In this document: piece after piece, positions 9,476 through 17,868 of the stretch
How the letters are laid out: each line of letters starts with the position of its first letter
Numbering within the stretch: position 1 is the first letter of the stretch
Assembly: GCA_038891615.1 (NCBI GenBank)
Contig: JAWADY010000002.1
Coordinates: forward strand, 96,001-160,000
Source: Candidatus Woesearchaeota archaeon
GTDB lineage: Archaea > Nanobdellota > Nanobdellia > Woesearchaeales > ARS49
DNA: 64,000 bases
Reading direction: 5' to 3'
Notes under the pieces: generated by a model
What the model was told of the DNA's origin: nothing
Seen by the model: the letters and a program-made list of their open reading frames with translations, nothing else
Databases searched by the model: none
Program-made: the position numbers and the translations under genes

Positions 9476-11746
9476 TTATCCAATCGCGAATTCCTTTTTA
9501 ATACTCCTCTTGAGCCACTCATTCCATTCGAAAAATATTCTTTCTGTATCAAGCCTTCCAACTTCCTCAAGTATCTTATCCGAGATGTTGTGGAAGGCAT
9601 CATTTGCAGTTATAACAAACTTTGCCTCAAGAATGTCTGGTCTTTTGAGAGCTCTGGCTGTCTCAACCAGCGTTTCTTTGATTCTTGCTCTTAAGTTTAT
9701 GTTCTCCCACACTGCATCCCAGTTGCCAGCCCATTCTTTTACATTTGAAGCAATTGCCTTTAGCACATCGCTGTCGCCAGCAAGAAGGTCTTGTGTTGGC
9801 TGCAGCGTGTCTGTGCGCACATCGTATCTCATCAAATCAACGAAACCTTTCTCTGCAAGAGGGTCTTCTTCCCAAAACTTTCTTACTTCTGTGATTTGGG
9901 TTATCCTTCTCCACCTATGCAGGCCATCTGGACTTCTTATCGGATTTGCCACAACAATGAGATCTGTCGCCTTAAAGGATGTTCTTGGAACACCAAGGTC
10001 ATTAACAACTCTATCAAAGACACCGTACGGGCTGTCGCCGTGAATCGTTCCAGCAACGACATTTGCGAGGGCACCAACTCTCATTGCTTCGTAGAGCGCG
10101 CGAGCCTCAACAGACCTTACTTCTCCTATGATAAGGCTGCTGTCTCCCAGCCTAAGTGTTGTACGCAAGCCTTCTTCTGCAGGCACTTCTGTTGTTCCAC
10201 GGGTCAATGCGCTGGCTACCTTCATAGATTGAATGTTGTAGCCAAGCTCGCGCAGAGAGCTAACTGGTAACTCAAGTGTATCTTCTATGGTCAATACTCT
10301 TATCCTGCGCATTATCTCTGTCATAAGCGATGCCAGAAAAGATGTTTTTCCTGCAGATCTTGTACCTGCGATTAGCATTGTTCGCGCGCCATCGATGCAA
10401 AAGCTCAGAATGCCTGCGCCAAGAGGGCTAATCATTCTGTTTTCTATGAAAAGTGGAAGAGTCCATGGCTTGTCGCGATGCCTCCTGAAGCTATACGCAA
10501 TACCTGTTGGGTTCAATGGAGCTGTTATTGCCGCAATCCTTGCACGCGCTCTTGGTATAATAAGTTCTGTATCAAGAATTGGATTTGCCTCATCAAAAGG
10601 CCTATTCGAGAGAAGTCTCAGCTTTGAGGCCCAGCTTTCAGCCTCGCTTGCTGTTGGCACAATGTTTGTCATGCAGTCAGCATAATCAGCCTGTACAACA
10701 AATATTGGAATCCTGCCCATGGGACTGTTAACCGAGATATCCTGTATTTTTTCATCCTGAAGAAGAACTTCAACAAGTCCAAAGCCAACTGTGTACCTCA
10801 CTAGGATGTTTGCAAGCTCCTGCAGTTCTTTTTCTCGAAGTTTCAGGCCGCGATACTCCGCAAGTTCCTCAAGAAGGTCAGAACCAATCCGCTCAAAAAC
10901 CTGCCTCATACGCTCCGGGTCTACGAACTCTGAGCGTTTTGGCTTGTGTTCTACGATAATATTTCTCGCAGAATCAAGGAGCTCATACTTCTCCTCACTA
11001 AGCTTGAATTCTGGAGGAATAATATGATAAAGGTATTGTACCGTGTTCGGTAGGGAAAAGATGTTGACTTCTGTTCCATTTACAATGTAGCTCTCAAGCA
11101 GCTCTGCATCCGGCGGAAAGCTTGACATTAGTTTGGTAAACATAAAGTCTGGCTTTATTGTCGGCGAAAATATTCTTCTATAAATGTCCCTCTCGCCAAC
11201 CTTGTATCCTGCTAATTGCTCTTTTGCAAGCTTGATGAGTGTTGTTTGTTGGAGTAAGCCAAGTGCGTCCTCCACTGCCTTAAGATAGCGCTGCAGGCAC
11301 CTCTGGCCTTCGGGAGAGGCATGCTTAAGATATTCTCTTTCTCGTCTTGCAATGCGCTCCAGCTCAACATAAGCTCCCACAGGATCGCTTTTTAGCATTG
11401 TATGTAGGATTGACTGCAGCTCTGTGTATCTCCTTGTTAACCATTTCAAGCACGTCATATCAGATAAGAAGCCATACGCCAATCTTCTGCGTAGCAGCTC
11501 CTTGTACGCAATTGCTATCTCATTAAGTATTGCTGTTTGAGTGCCATCATATTCATAATCGCGCTTTTGCACAAAAACAATTCTTGTAACTGTGCCAACC
11601 TCTGCAAGAATGTCAATTGTCATTGACATTGTTTTTGGAGAATCTTCAATTGAGGGAAAAAATGTGCAGGCCTCTGCATCTATTCTAAGAATTATCTCCT
11701 CACCTTCTCTTATAATCTCGTAGCTGAAACAACCTCTATCAGGCAT
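9476..11746 (-). CDS. Type II/IV secretion (VirB11/CpaF/FlaI family) ATPase with long N-terminal extension
   Basis: GTRSAGKTS Walker A, TIEDTLEL Asp box, LIIGEVR Walker B, GTIHG His box, RRITQITE. GGAGG SD before ATG 11746. Confidence 0.92.
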   Translation of the reverse strand: MPDRGCFSYEIIREGEEIILRIDAEACTFFPSIEDSPKTMSMTIDILAEVGTVTRIVFVQKRDYEYDGTQTAILNEIAIAYKELLRRRLAYGFLSDMTCLKWLTRRYTELQSILHTMLKSDPVGAYVELERIARREREYLKHASPEGQRCLQRYLKAVEDALGLLQQTTLIKLAKEQLAGYKVGERDIYRRIFSPTIKPDFMFTKLMSSFPPDAELLESYIVNGTEVNIFSLPNTVQYLYHIIPPEFKLSEEKYELLDSARNIIVEHKPKRSEFVDPERMRQVFERIGSDLLEELAEYRGLKLREKELQELANILVRYTVGFGLVEVLLQDEKIQDISVNSPMGRIPIFVVQADYADCMTNIVPTASEAESWASKLRLLSNRPFDEANPILDTELIIPRARARIAAITAPLNPTGIAYSFRRHRDKPWTLPLFIENRMISPLGAGILSFCIDGARTMLIAGTRSAGKTSFLASLMTEIMRRIRVLTIEDTLELPVSSLRELGYNIQSMKVASALTRGTTEVPAEEGLRTTLRLGDSSLIIGEVRSVEARALYEAMRVGALANVVAGTIHGDSPYGVFDRVVNDLGVPRTSFKATDLIVVANPIRSPDGLHRWRRITQITEVRKFWEEDPLAEKGFVDLMRYDVRTDTLQPTQDLLAGDSDVLKAIASNVKEWAGNWDAVWENINLRARIKETLVETARALKRPDILEAKFVITANDAFHNISDKILEEVGRLDTERIFFEWNEWLKRSIKKEFAIG

Positions 11747-11860
11747 GTGAAGTCCTCCCACCTCTTTGAGCAAAGGTTTTTAGCACTTTGACATGGTTAC
11801 ACAATTTATTATCCTGCTAAGCAAAACCTTATTAAAGCAAATTTATAAGCTTTTGCAAAA

Positions 11861-12361
11861 ATGCCTGAAGAACTGCTGCCGCCGATAGGAACTAATATCG
11901 CGCCTGAACCCGCAAGCCAAGCTACAGAGCCATCCCAACAGCCAAAGCGCCTTTTCAAGTCAAAAATGCCAGAAACGACAGAGCTTTCATCGCTGCGTGA
12001 GGAACTTCTATCACTCAGCACCCGTCTAAGAGTGTCCGAAGAGCGCTATGTTGACTTTCGAAGAAAGCTTCAACTTCTAGAGCAAAACCTTCTTTCAAAC
12101 CACAAACGGGTAATGGAAGAAATAAAGCTCCTGCTCTCAGAAACAACAGAGCTAAAAAAGAAGATTGATGAGATTGAAAACAAACTCCTTCTTATTGTAA
12201 AGGAATTACAACTCACAGCAAAAAGAGAAGATGTGGAAGTAATGAAAAAGTATTTTGAACTTTGGAGCCCAGTTAGTTTTGCAACAATTTCTCAGGTTGA
12301 GAAAATGATTGCAGAAGCGCTACAGGAACGGCAAGGAGATGCCGAAGAAGAAAAGACATGA
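11861..12361 (+). CDS. Coiled-coil hypothetical protein with Pro-rich N-terminus
   Basis: Heptad-rich central region. Divergent from the secretion ATPase. TTTATAA upstream. Confidence 0.8.
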   Translation: MPEELLPPIGTNIAPEPASQATEPSQQPKRLFKSKMPETTELSSLREELLSLSTRLRVSEERYVDFRRKLQLLEQNLLSNHKRVMEEIKLLLSETTELKKKIDEIENKLLLIVKELQLTAKREDVEVMKKYFELWSPVSFATISQVEKMIAEALQERQGDAEEEKT

Positions 12362-12463
12362 TGACTTGCCCTAGAGCAGCTTCTCACTCCAATCTTCAAA
12401 CCAGAAACCTTTATAAAAGCCACATTCCAAATTCGTTCAAGAGCAAGCTTAAAAGAGGAAAAG

Positions 12464-13177
12464 ATGCCTTTGTTCGGCCTTTTTGGTAAAAAAAAGGAAA
12501 CCCCTCCTTCGCCTTTTGAAGGGCTTAAGCAAGAGCTTGCACCTCCCCTTGTTCAACGAGTCATTTCGCTTCAGCAACAAGGCCTTTCAAACAGCCAAAT
12601 CATCGAGGCTCTCCAAAGAGAGGGCTTTGCTCTTGACAAAATTGTGGAAGCATTGAATCAAGCCGCTGCACCTCCGCCTGCTGGGCCCATTCCTACGGAG
12701 ATGCCACAAGCCCCTCCACCAACTCCACCGTCAGAGCTTCCTCAAGCTCCTCAACCAGTGCCTGCACCGCCTGCAATGTATCCTGCTGAATATCCTGAAT
12801 ATACCTATCCAGCTTACCCAGCCTATCCTGCTGAAGAAATACTTTCCCGAGAGAATGTTGAGGCAATTGCTGAGTCGATAGTTGAGGAGCGTTGGAAGGA
12901 GGCTACAAAAGAGCTTACAAAGTTGAGTGAATGGAAGGAAGCTTCAACAAGAAGACTTGACAAGCTTGAGCAGTCTCTTACGGACCTTAAAGCTGACATT
13001 GATAACCTTCACAAAGCACTCGTTGCAAAAATAAGCGAATACGACAAGAGTCTCATTGATGTTGGCGTAGAACTTAAGGCGATGGAAAAGGTTTTTCAGA
13101 AAGTGCTTCCAAGCCTAACAGAATCTGTTTCAGAACTATCACGAATTACGCAGCGGGTAAAAAAGGCAAAGAAGTAA
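12464..13177 (+). CDS. Pro-rich and coiled-coil hypothetical protein
   Basis: N-terminal small helical domain (QQGLSNSQIIEALQREGF), Pro/Tyr-rich linker with YPA repeats, and a long C-terminal coiled coil. Confidence 0.82.
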   Translation: MPLFGLFGKKKETPPSPFEGLKQELAPPLVQRVISLQQQGLSNSQIIEALQREGFALDKIVEALNQAAAPPPAGPIPTEMPQAPPPTPPSELPQAPQPVPAPPAMYPAEYPEYTYPAYPAYPAEEILSRENVEAIAESIVEERWKEATKELTKLSEWKEASTRRLDKLEQSLTDLKADIDNLHKALVAKISEYDKSLIDVGVELKAMEKVFQKVLPSLTESVSELSRITQRVKKAKK

Positions 13178-13305
13178 CTTCATAGTGCATTTCGTTGGGC
13201 ACTTTTGCGCCCAAATCATTGCAGCTTATCTAAATTTTTATGAGATTTTAATTTTTAAAGGCGAGAACAGTTATATTTTTAAACAGCCTCCATCTCTTTT
13301 GTTGA

Positions 13306-14499
13306 ATGCTAATTGGTCTTGTTGGTAAGCCTTCTGCTGGCAAAAGCACTTTCTTTAAGGCACTAACTCTCGCGGAAGTTGCCATTGCACCGTATCCTTT
13401 CACCACGATAAAACCAAATGAGGGCGTTGGTTTTGTTCGAGTTGATTGTGTTGAAAAGGAATTTGGGGTTGCCTGCAATCCTCGCGAGGGTTATTGTAGC
13501 AATGGCATTCGTTTTGTTCCAATCAAATTGATGGATGTTGCCGGGCTTGTGCCAGGCGCGCATCTTGGGAAAGGACTTGGGCTTCAATTTCTTGACGACC
13601 TTAGGCAGGCAGAATGCCTTATACATATTGTTGATGCTTCTGGAAGCACGAATGAAAAAGGCGAGGTTGTTGCTCCAGGGAGCTACGACCCTTCATATGA
13701 CATAAAATTTCTTGAGCATGAGCTTGACATGTGGTTTCTTGAAATCATAAAGCGTGGTTGGGAAAAGGTTGCCAAGCTATCTCAACAGACAAAAAAAGAA
13801 GTTTCTACAATTCTTGCAAGACAACTCTCTGGTTTGAATGTGAGTGAAGAGCTTGTCAGGGAACTTATATCAAAACTTGGTCTAGACCCTCTTTCTCCCA
13901 TGTCCTGGAGCGAAGAAGTTCTTCACAGCCTTGCTATTGATCTTCGTAAAAGGACAAAACCCCTACTCATCGCAGCAAACAAGGCAGACATTCCTGAATC
14001 TGAAAAGAATATAAAGAGGATGGTTGAGCTCTTTCCAGATAAGGAAGTGGTTCCATGCTCTGCAGAAGCAGAGCTCGCGCTCAAAGAAGCAGCAAAGGCA
14101 GGTTTAATAAAATACTTGCCAGGCAGCAGTGATTTTGAAGTTGTTGGAAAGCTTAACGATAAACAGGCCGCTGCACTTGAATTTATTAGACAGAATGTGC
14201 TTAAAAAGTACGGAAGTACGGGTGTACAACAAACTCTTGATGATGCTGTATTCAAACTTCTTGGTTACATTGCAGTATTTCCTGGTGGTGTAAACAAACT
14301 TGCAGACCAATTTGGGCGTGTTCTTCCGGATTGTTTTCTCATGCCAAAAAACAGCACAGCACTTGACTTTGCATTCAGAATTCATACAGATCTTGGAAAG
14401 GCGTTTGTAAGAGCAGTTGATGTGCGCTCGAAAAAAACAATTGGTAAAGACTATTTGCTAAAGCACAGGGATGTCATTGAGATTGTTGCAAAGGCATAG
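13306..14499 (+). CDS. ychF: Obg-family YchF-like ATPase/GTPase, archaeal type, with TGS domain
   Basis: GKPSAGKST, YPFTTI, DVAGLVPGAH.GKGLG, NKAD and C-terminal TGS (IHTDL). Confidence 0.93.
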   Translation: MLIGLVGKPSAGKSTFFKALTLAEVAIAPYPFTTIKPNEGVGFVRVDCVEKEFGVACNPREGYCSNGIRFVPIKLMDVAGLVPGAHLGKGLGLQFLDDLRQAECLIHIVDASGSTNEKGEVVAPGSYDPSYDIKFLEHELDMWFLEIIKRGWEKVAKLSQQTKKEVSTILARQLSGLNVSEELVRELISKLGLDPLSPMSWSEEVLHSLAIDLRKRTKPLLIAANKADIPESEKNIKRMVELFPDKEVVPCSAEAELALKEAAKAGLIKYLPGSSDFEVVGKLNDKQAAALEFIRQNVLKKYGSTGVQQTLDDAVFKLLGYIAVFPGGVNKLADQFGRVLPDCFLMPKNSTALDFAFRIHTDLGKAFVRAVDVRSKKTIGKDYLLKHRDVIEIVAKA

Positions 14500-14543
14500 T
14501 TGCAAAACTTTCAGCCCCTTCAAAACGCATTTGTCAGACCCAT

Positions 14544-15665
14544 CTAAACTTTGAAAAGCCTTTCATGCAGCTTGCTAAAAGCTTTTAATCGCTCAAGAAA
14601 TCGGTGCCATGCGCGCCTAGGAATACGCGCTCCCGCTGCCGGGATGTGGCCTCCAGCTGCTGCTTGAGCAATCCCTCGCACAGCCCGGTCAAGGAGTGCA
14701 TTAACCTTTACTTTTTTGTCACTCCTTCTTCCGCTGACATCCCACCAGCCATCAGCACGCCGATAAACGATGAGCGTACGGTGAGGGTGCCTAAAGGCTG
14801 CTATTGTGCTAAGCGTAGAAGAGATTTTGAGTGGTGAACTTGCATCATAAAAAACTATTTCTCCAGGAGGAGTATTTCTCACAGCAATGTCAAACCTTTT
14901 TAAGTGGCCCTTCAACTCATCATTCATTTTCTTTGTAATGAGTTTGAATGCGTTTATAATCTCCAAAGGGCTCTTTGCATCATAGACAACCTTCCAACAT
15001 TTTTTTACACCATCTTTGCTGTACTTTATTGCTGATTGGATTGCATTGGCCGCCTTTCCAAAAGCACTCCTCCACACATCCTTTCCAATCCTAAGTCTTT
15101 TTTTGGCCGCAGCCTTTTGAACAAAGCCCTTCCAACAATTATAACCTGCATCCGCAACAATTCCTATTGCTGCAATCCAATCAAACGAAGAAATGTCAGC
15201 AACGGTCATTCCAAAATCGTATGCAAGTTTTGAGCTGCAATAGCTCGCAGCCTCTTTTGTTGAGAAAAGCTGCGGTTTTATCAAAAGACCATTTTTAATT
15301 GTTTTTGAGTACAAAGGGTGATGGTCAAGGATAAGAAGCCTTGCAAAACTTGAGATGCTTTTTACGATATTCTTTAGTTGATCAAGCGCAAGGTCTGTTG
15401 TTATAACCATGCTAATCCTTGCTCTTTTTAGTTTTGAAATTGTTGCTTTGTTTGGTCTTCGTTCAGGTTCTGAAATAACAAGTTCTGGTGACCTTCCCCT
15501 CACCGCTTCAATGAGTTTCGAAATGATTACTGCAGAGCACAGCCCATCAGGGTCTGCATCATGAATTATTGCAACCCTTCTTCCTCGTGTTGAAGCAAGG
15601 AATCTTACAAAGCTACTCTCCAGCCTTTCACGAACCTTTTCAAGCGATTTATGCTTTCTTGTCAT
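14544..15665 (-). CDS. DHH/DHHA1 family phosphoesterase (RecJ/NrnA-like)
   Basis: HDADPDG, TDL, LDHH, GIVAD and GGHIPAAGA motifs. Confidence 0.9.
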   Translation of the reverse strand: MTRKHKSLEKVRERLESSFVRFLASTRGRRVAIIHDADPDGLCSAVIISKLIEAVRGRSPELVISEPERRPNKATISKLKRARISMVITTDLALDQLKNIVKSISSFARLLILDHHPLYSKTIKNGLLIKPQLFSTKEAASYCSSKLAYDFGMTVADISSFDWIAAIGIVADAGYNCWKGFVQKAAAKKRLRIGKDVWRSAFGKAANAIQSAIKYSKDGVKKCWKVVYDAKSPLEIINAFKLITKKMNDELKGHLKRFDIAVRNTPPGEIVFYDASSPLKISSTLSTIAAFRHPHRTLIVYRRADGWWDVSGRRSDKKVKVNALLDRAVRGIAQAAAGGHIPAAGARIPRRAWHRFLERLKAFSKLHERLFKV

Positions 15666-15729
15666 ATCCTCTCTTGCGTTTGAACGCAAATATGCCAAAA
15701 TGACAGCTTGTCAACTCTTGGCAGTGCTT

Positions 15730-16116
15730 TCAAGAATCACTGCCTTTTTTTCTCATACGCTCAAAAGTCGCAGCGATATCAATTATGTACTTCCCATCAG
15801 CAACTTTAAATATCAATGGCTCATTTTTAAAAAGCCTTACGAGGTCTAGTTCGTACTTTCCTGGCTTCAGAACATTAATGCTCTCCAAGTCAAGCACAAC
15901 TGGTTTTTCTGGCTCTTCAAGTCCTATAATTTTGAAGATGTCAGATTCGATTTCTTTCTTTTCCTTTTCTGAAAGAGGGCTCGCTGGCCCTTCTGGTTGC
16001 TTCAGCTTTTCTTTCTTTATGAAAAAGAAAAGCTTCCCACCACAGGAACAACCCTTTAGTATCGCAGAAGAGCCATCATCGTAGAACGTATTGCACCGTA
16101 CGCATTGGTGTGGCAT
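15730..16116 (-). CDS. Zn-ribbon protein, DUF2072 (OapC/ArvC-like)
   Basis: MPHQCVRC…ILKGCSCGGKLFFF and ESINVLKPGKYELDL. Third gene of the GTPase trio. Confidence 0.88.
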   Translation of the reverse strand: MPHQCVRCNTFYDDGSSAILKGCSCGGKLFFFIKKEKLKQPEGPASPLSEKEKKEIESDIFKIIGLEEPEKPVVLDLESINVLKPGKYELDLVRLFKNEPLIFKVADGKYIIDIAATFERMRKKGSDS

Positions 16117-16119
16117 TTG

Positions 16120-16500
16120 CTATCTTTTTTTCCTCTTTTCTTGTGTAAAAAGTTCAATTTTGTGAGGGTCTTTCTTTATCTTCTTGACTATGCTGGCTGG
16201 CCCGATTATGGTCATTCCCTGCCTGTTTCCCAAAAGAAAGCTAAGGACGTTTTCGCGGAATTTCTTAATTCCTGAGAAGTTGCCTTGTTGAGGATTTATA
16301 ACTGCAAGCTCTATCCCTTTGAAATCCTTATTTATCTCTTCCATTGTTGCTTTTATAAGTTCAGCCTCTTCGTCCTTCGATAATCTCCCCTGAAAAAGAA
16401 CTATCTTGTCTTCTTTTGCGACATTTAACAACTTTCTTATTCTTCCAACAGAGCTAAGCTGTTCAAGCTCACTATATGGAATGAATTGCAGGGTCACCAT
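16120..16500 (-). CDS. DUF2073 family protein (OapB/ArvB-like)
   Basis: EEAELIKATMEEI…FKGIE and GMTIIGPA signature. Lies between the GTPase and the Zn-ribbon gene. Confidence 0.88.
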   Translation of the reverse strand: MVTLQFIPYSELEQLSSVGRIRKLLNVAKEDKIVLFQGRLSKDEEAELIKATMEEINKDFKGIELAVINPQQGNFSGIKKFRENVLSFLLGNRQGMTIIGPASIVKKIKKDPHKIELFTQEKRKKR

Positions 16501-16501
16501 C

Positions 16502-17140
16502 TTATTTTCTCAGAAGCTCGTATAATTTTTCATAAAACTCGTTAATGTTCTTGCCATATTTTGCAGATATGCCAATAACATCGTATTGAGGAAAGGCTGT
16601 CTGAACCCTTTTCAGCTTGGCACGCTTGAGGTCTATCTTGTTTGCAGCGATTAGCACAGGTATTTTTCGAGCAGCAAGGTTCCCAACTATTGTTATGTTA
16701 ACTTGTGAATAAGGGTCCTGAGTTGCATCTAATACGAGTACAACCCCGTCAACATCATCCAGCCACTTTATTGCTTCTATCACTCCTTTTGTTGCTTCGC
16801 GCGCCCTGCGCTTCGCTTTTGATTCAGGCAGCCCACTTTTGATGAAATCCTCATAATCTATTCTTGTTGCAATCCCTGGCGTATCAACAAGACTAAATTG
16901 CAGTTCCTTGCCCTTCTTTAGTTTTATTACAATTCGCTCTTTTACATTGACCTCTCTTGTTTCGTGCGGAACTGGACTGACCTTTCCCATTTCTTTGCCA
17001 ATCCAGTCCAAGCATATCTTGTTCGCAAGAGTTGTTTTCCCTGAATTTGGAGGACCATAAAGGCCAAGTTTAAGGGACTGTCTTCTTTTGAAAAGCTCGC
17101 CAAAAAGACCTCCGAAAACGCTCTTCAACAGCTTTAACAT
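16502..17140 (-). CDS. Small Era-like GTPase (OapA/ArvA-like)
   Basis: GPPNSGKTTLAN, PHETR, DTPG, ANKIDL and ISAK. Amphipathic N-terminal helix. Confidence 0.9.
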   Translation of the reverse strand: MLKLLKSVFGGLFGELFKRRQSLKLGLYGPPNSGKTTLANKICLDWIGKEMGKVSPVPHETREVNVKERIVIKLKKGKELQFSLVDTPGIATRIDYEDFIKSGLPESKAKRRAREATKGVIEAIKWLDDVDGVVLVLDATQDPYSQVNITIVGNLAARKIPVLIAANKIDLKRAKLKRVQTAFPQYDVIGISAKYGKNINEFYEKLYELLRK

Positions 17141-17236
17141 CTCTGCACCGCTTTTGCAATAAACAAAATAGGTTTTTATTTAAAACTTTCTAAAGAGAAA
17201 AATAAAAACTCAAGGCAAGAGAAGAAGTCAAATGCT

Positions 17237-17464
17237 TTAGCGACCCCGCGCCATCTTTGCCCTTGAGATATCTCCCTTTTTGTCAATGAAATAAAGATAA
17301 CCTGGCTCTTTTTTGACTCCAACTTTCGCGACAAGCTCAGGCTTTCCTCCACGCCCCTTCCTGCCCCGTGCCATCTTGACCCTACTGACATTTCCCTTTT
17401 TGTCAACAAAATAAAGATATCCTTCTGCTTTTTTGACACCAACTTTTGCAACCTTTTCAGCCAT
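17237..17464 (-). CDS. Small basic protein made of two tandem near-identical repeats (putative nucleic-acid-binding)
   Basis: VAKVGVKKxxGYLYF(V/I)DKKG(N/D)(V/I)SRxKMARGR occurs twice. The duplication is also visible in the DNA. GGGGGTTG SD upstream. Confidence 0.85.
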   Translation of the reverse strand: MAEKVAKVGVKKAEGYLYFVDKKGNVSRVKMARGRKGRGGKPELVAKVGVKKEPGYLYFIDKKGDISRAKMARGR

Positions 17465-17555
17465 TTTCAACCCCCTTTAATTTTCTTTTCAAATCGACGA
17501 TAAAAGCGTCTTTGAAGCAAGAAACAGTTCTAGTTTATAAAGTTTGCGTCTTTCT

Positions 17556-17780
17556 TCATCCCTTACTTTTGCGTGCTTTCATTCGTGGTTTTAGGTGGGC
17601 TATTTTGTGCCTCTCTTTTCCAAGGTACCATACAGGTCTCAAAAGCTTCTGAAGTTTTGCAGCAGTTTCGAGAGATTCTGTATACTCTCTAAATATTTTC
17701 TTTCTACTATGTGGTATAAGTGGTTCTATCTTTTTTGCTTCTGCAAGTGCCAACTCAACGATAGACCTCTTTTTTGCCAT
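17556..17780 (-). CDS. Small basic hypothetical protein
   Basis: 74-aa ORF with TTTTTATA and GAGG upstream. Confidence 0.6.
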   Translation of the reverse strand: MAKKRSIVELALAEAKKIEPLIPHSRKKIFREYTESLETAAKLQKLLRPVWYLGKERHKIAHLKPRMKARKSKG

Positions 17781-17868
17781 TTCCTCAAATCTTAGCCTTG
17801 TATCTTTTGTATAAAAATGCTTCGGCGAAAGGCATTTATATCCTCCAGCCGTTCTTGAGGTGGGGAAA

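Noticed and set aside
9423-11027. Series of plus-strand ORFs antisense to the secretion ATPase
   Set aside because: Antisense shadows fully overlapping a well-supported gene.
17237-17464. Direct DNA repeats considered as a CRISPR or IS remnant
   Set aside because: There are only two imperfect copies, and they are explained by an in-frame protein duplication.
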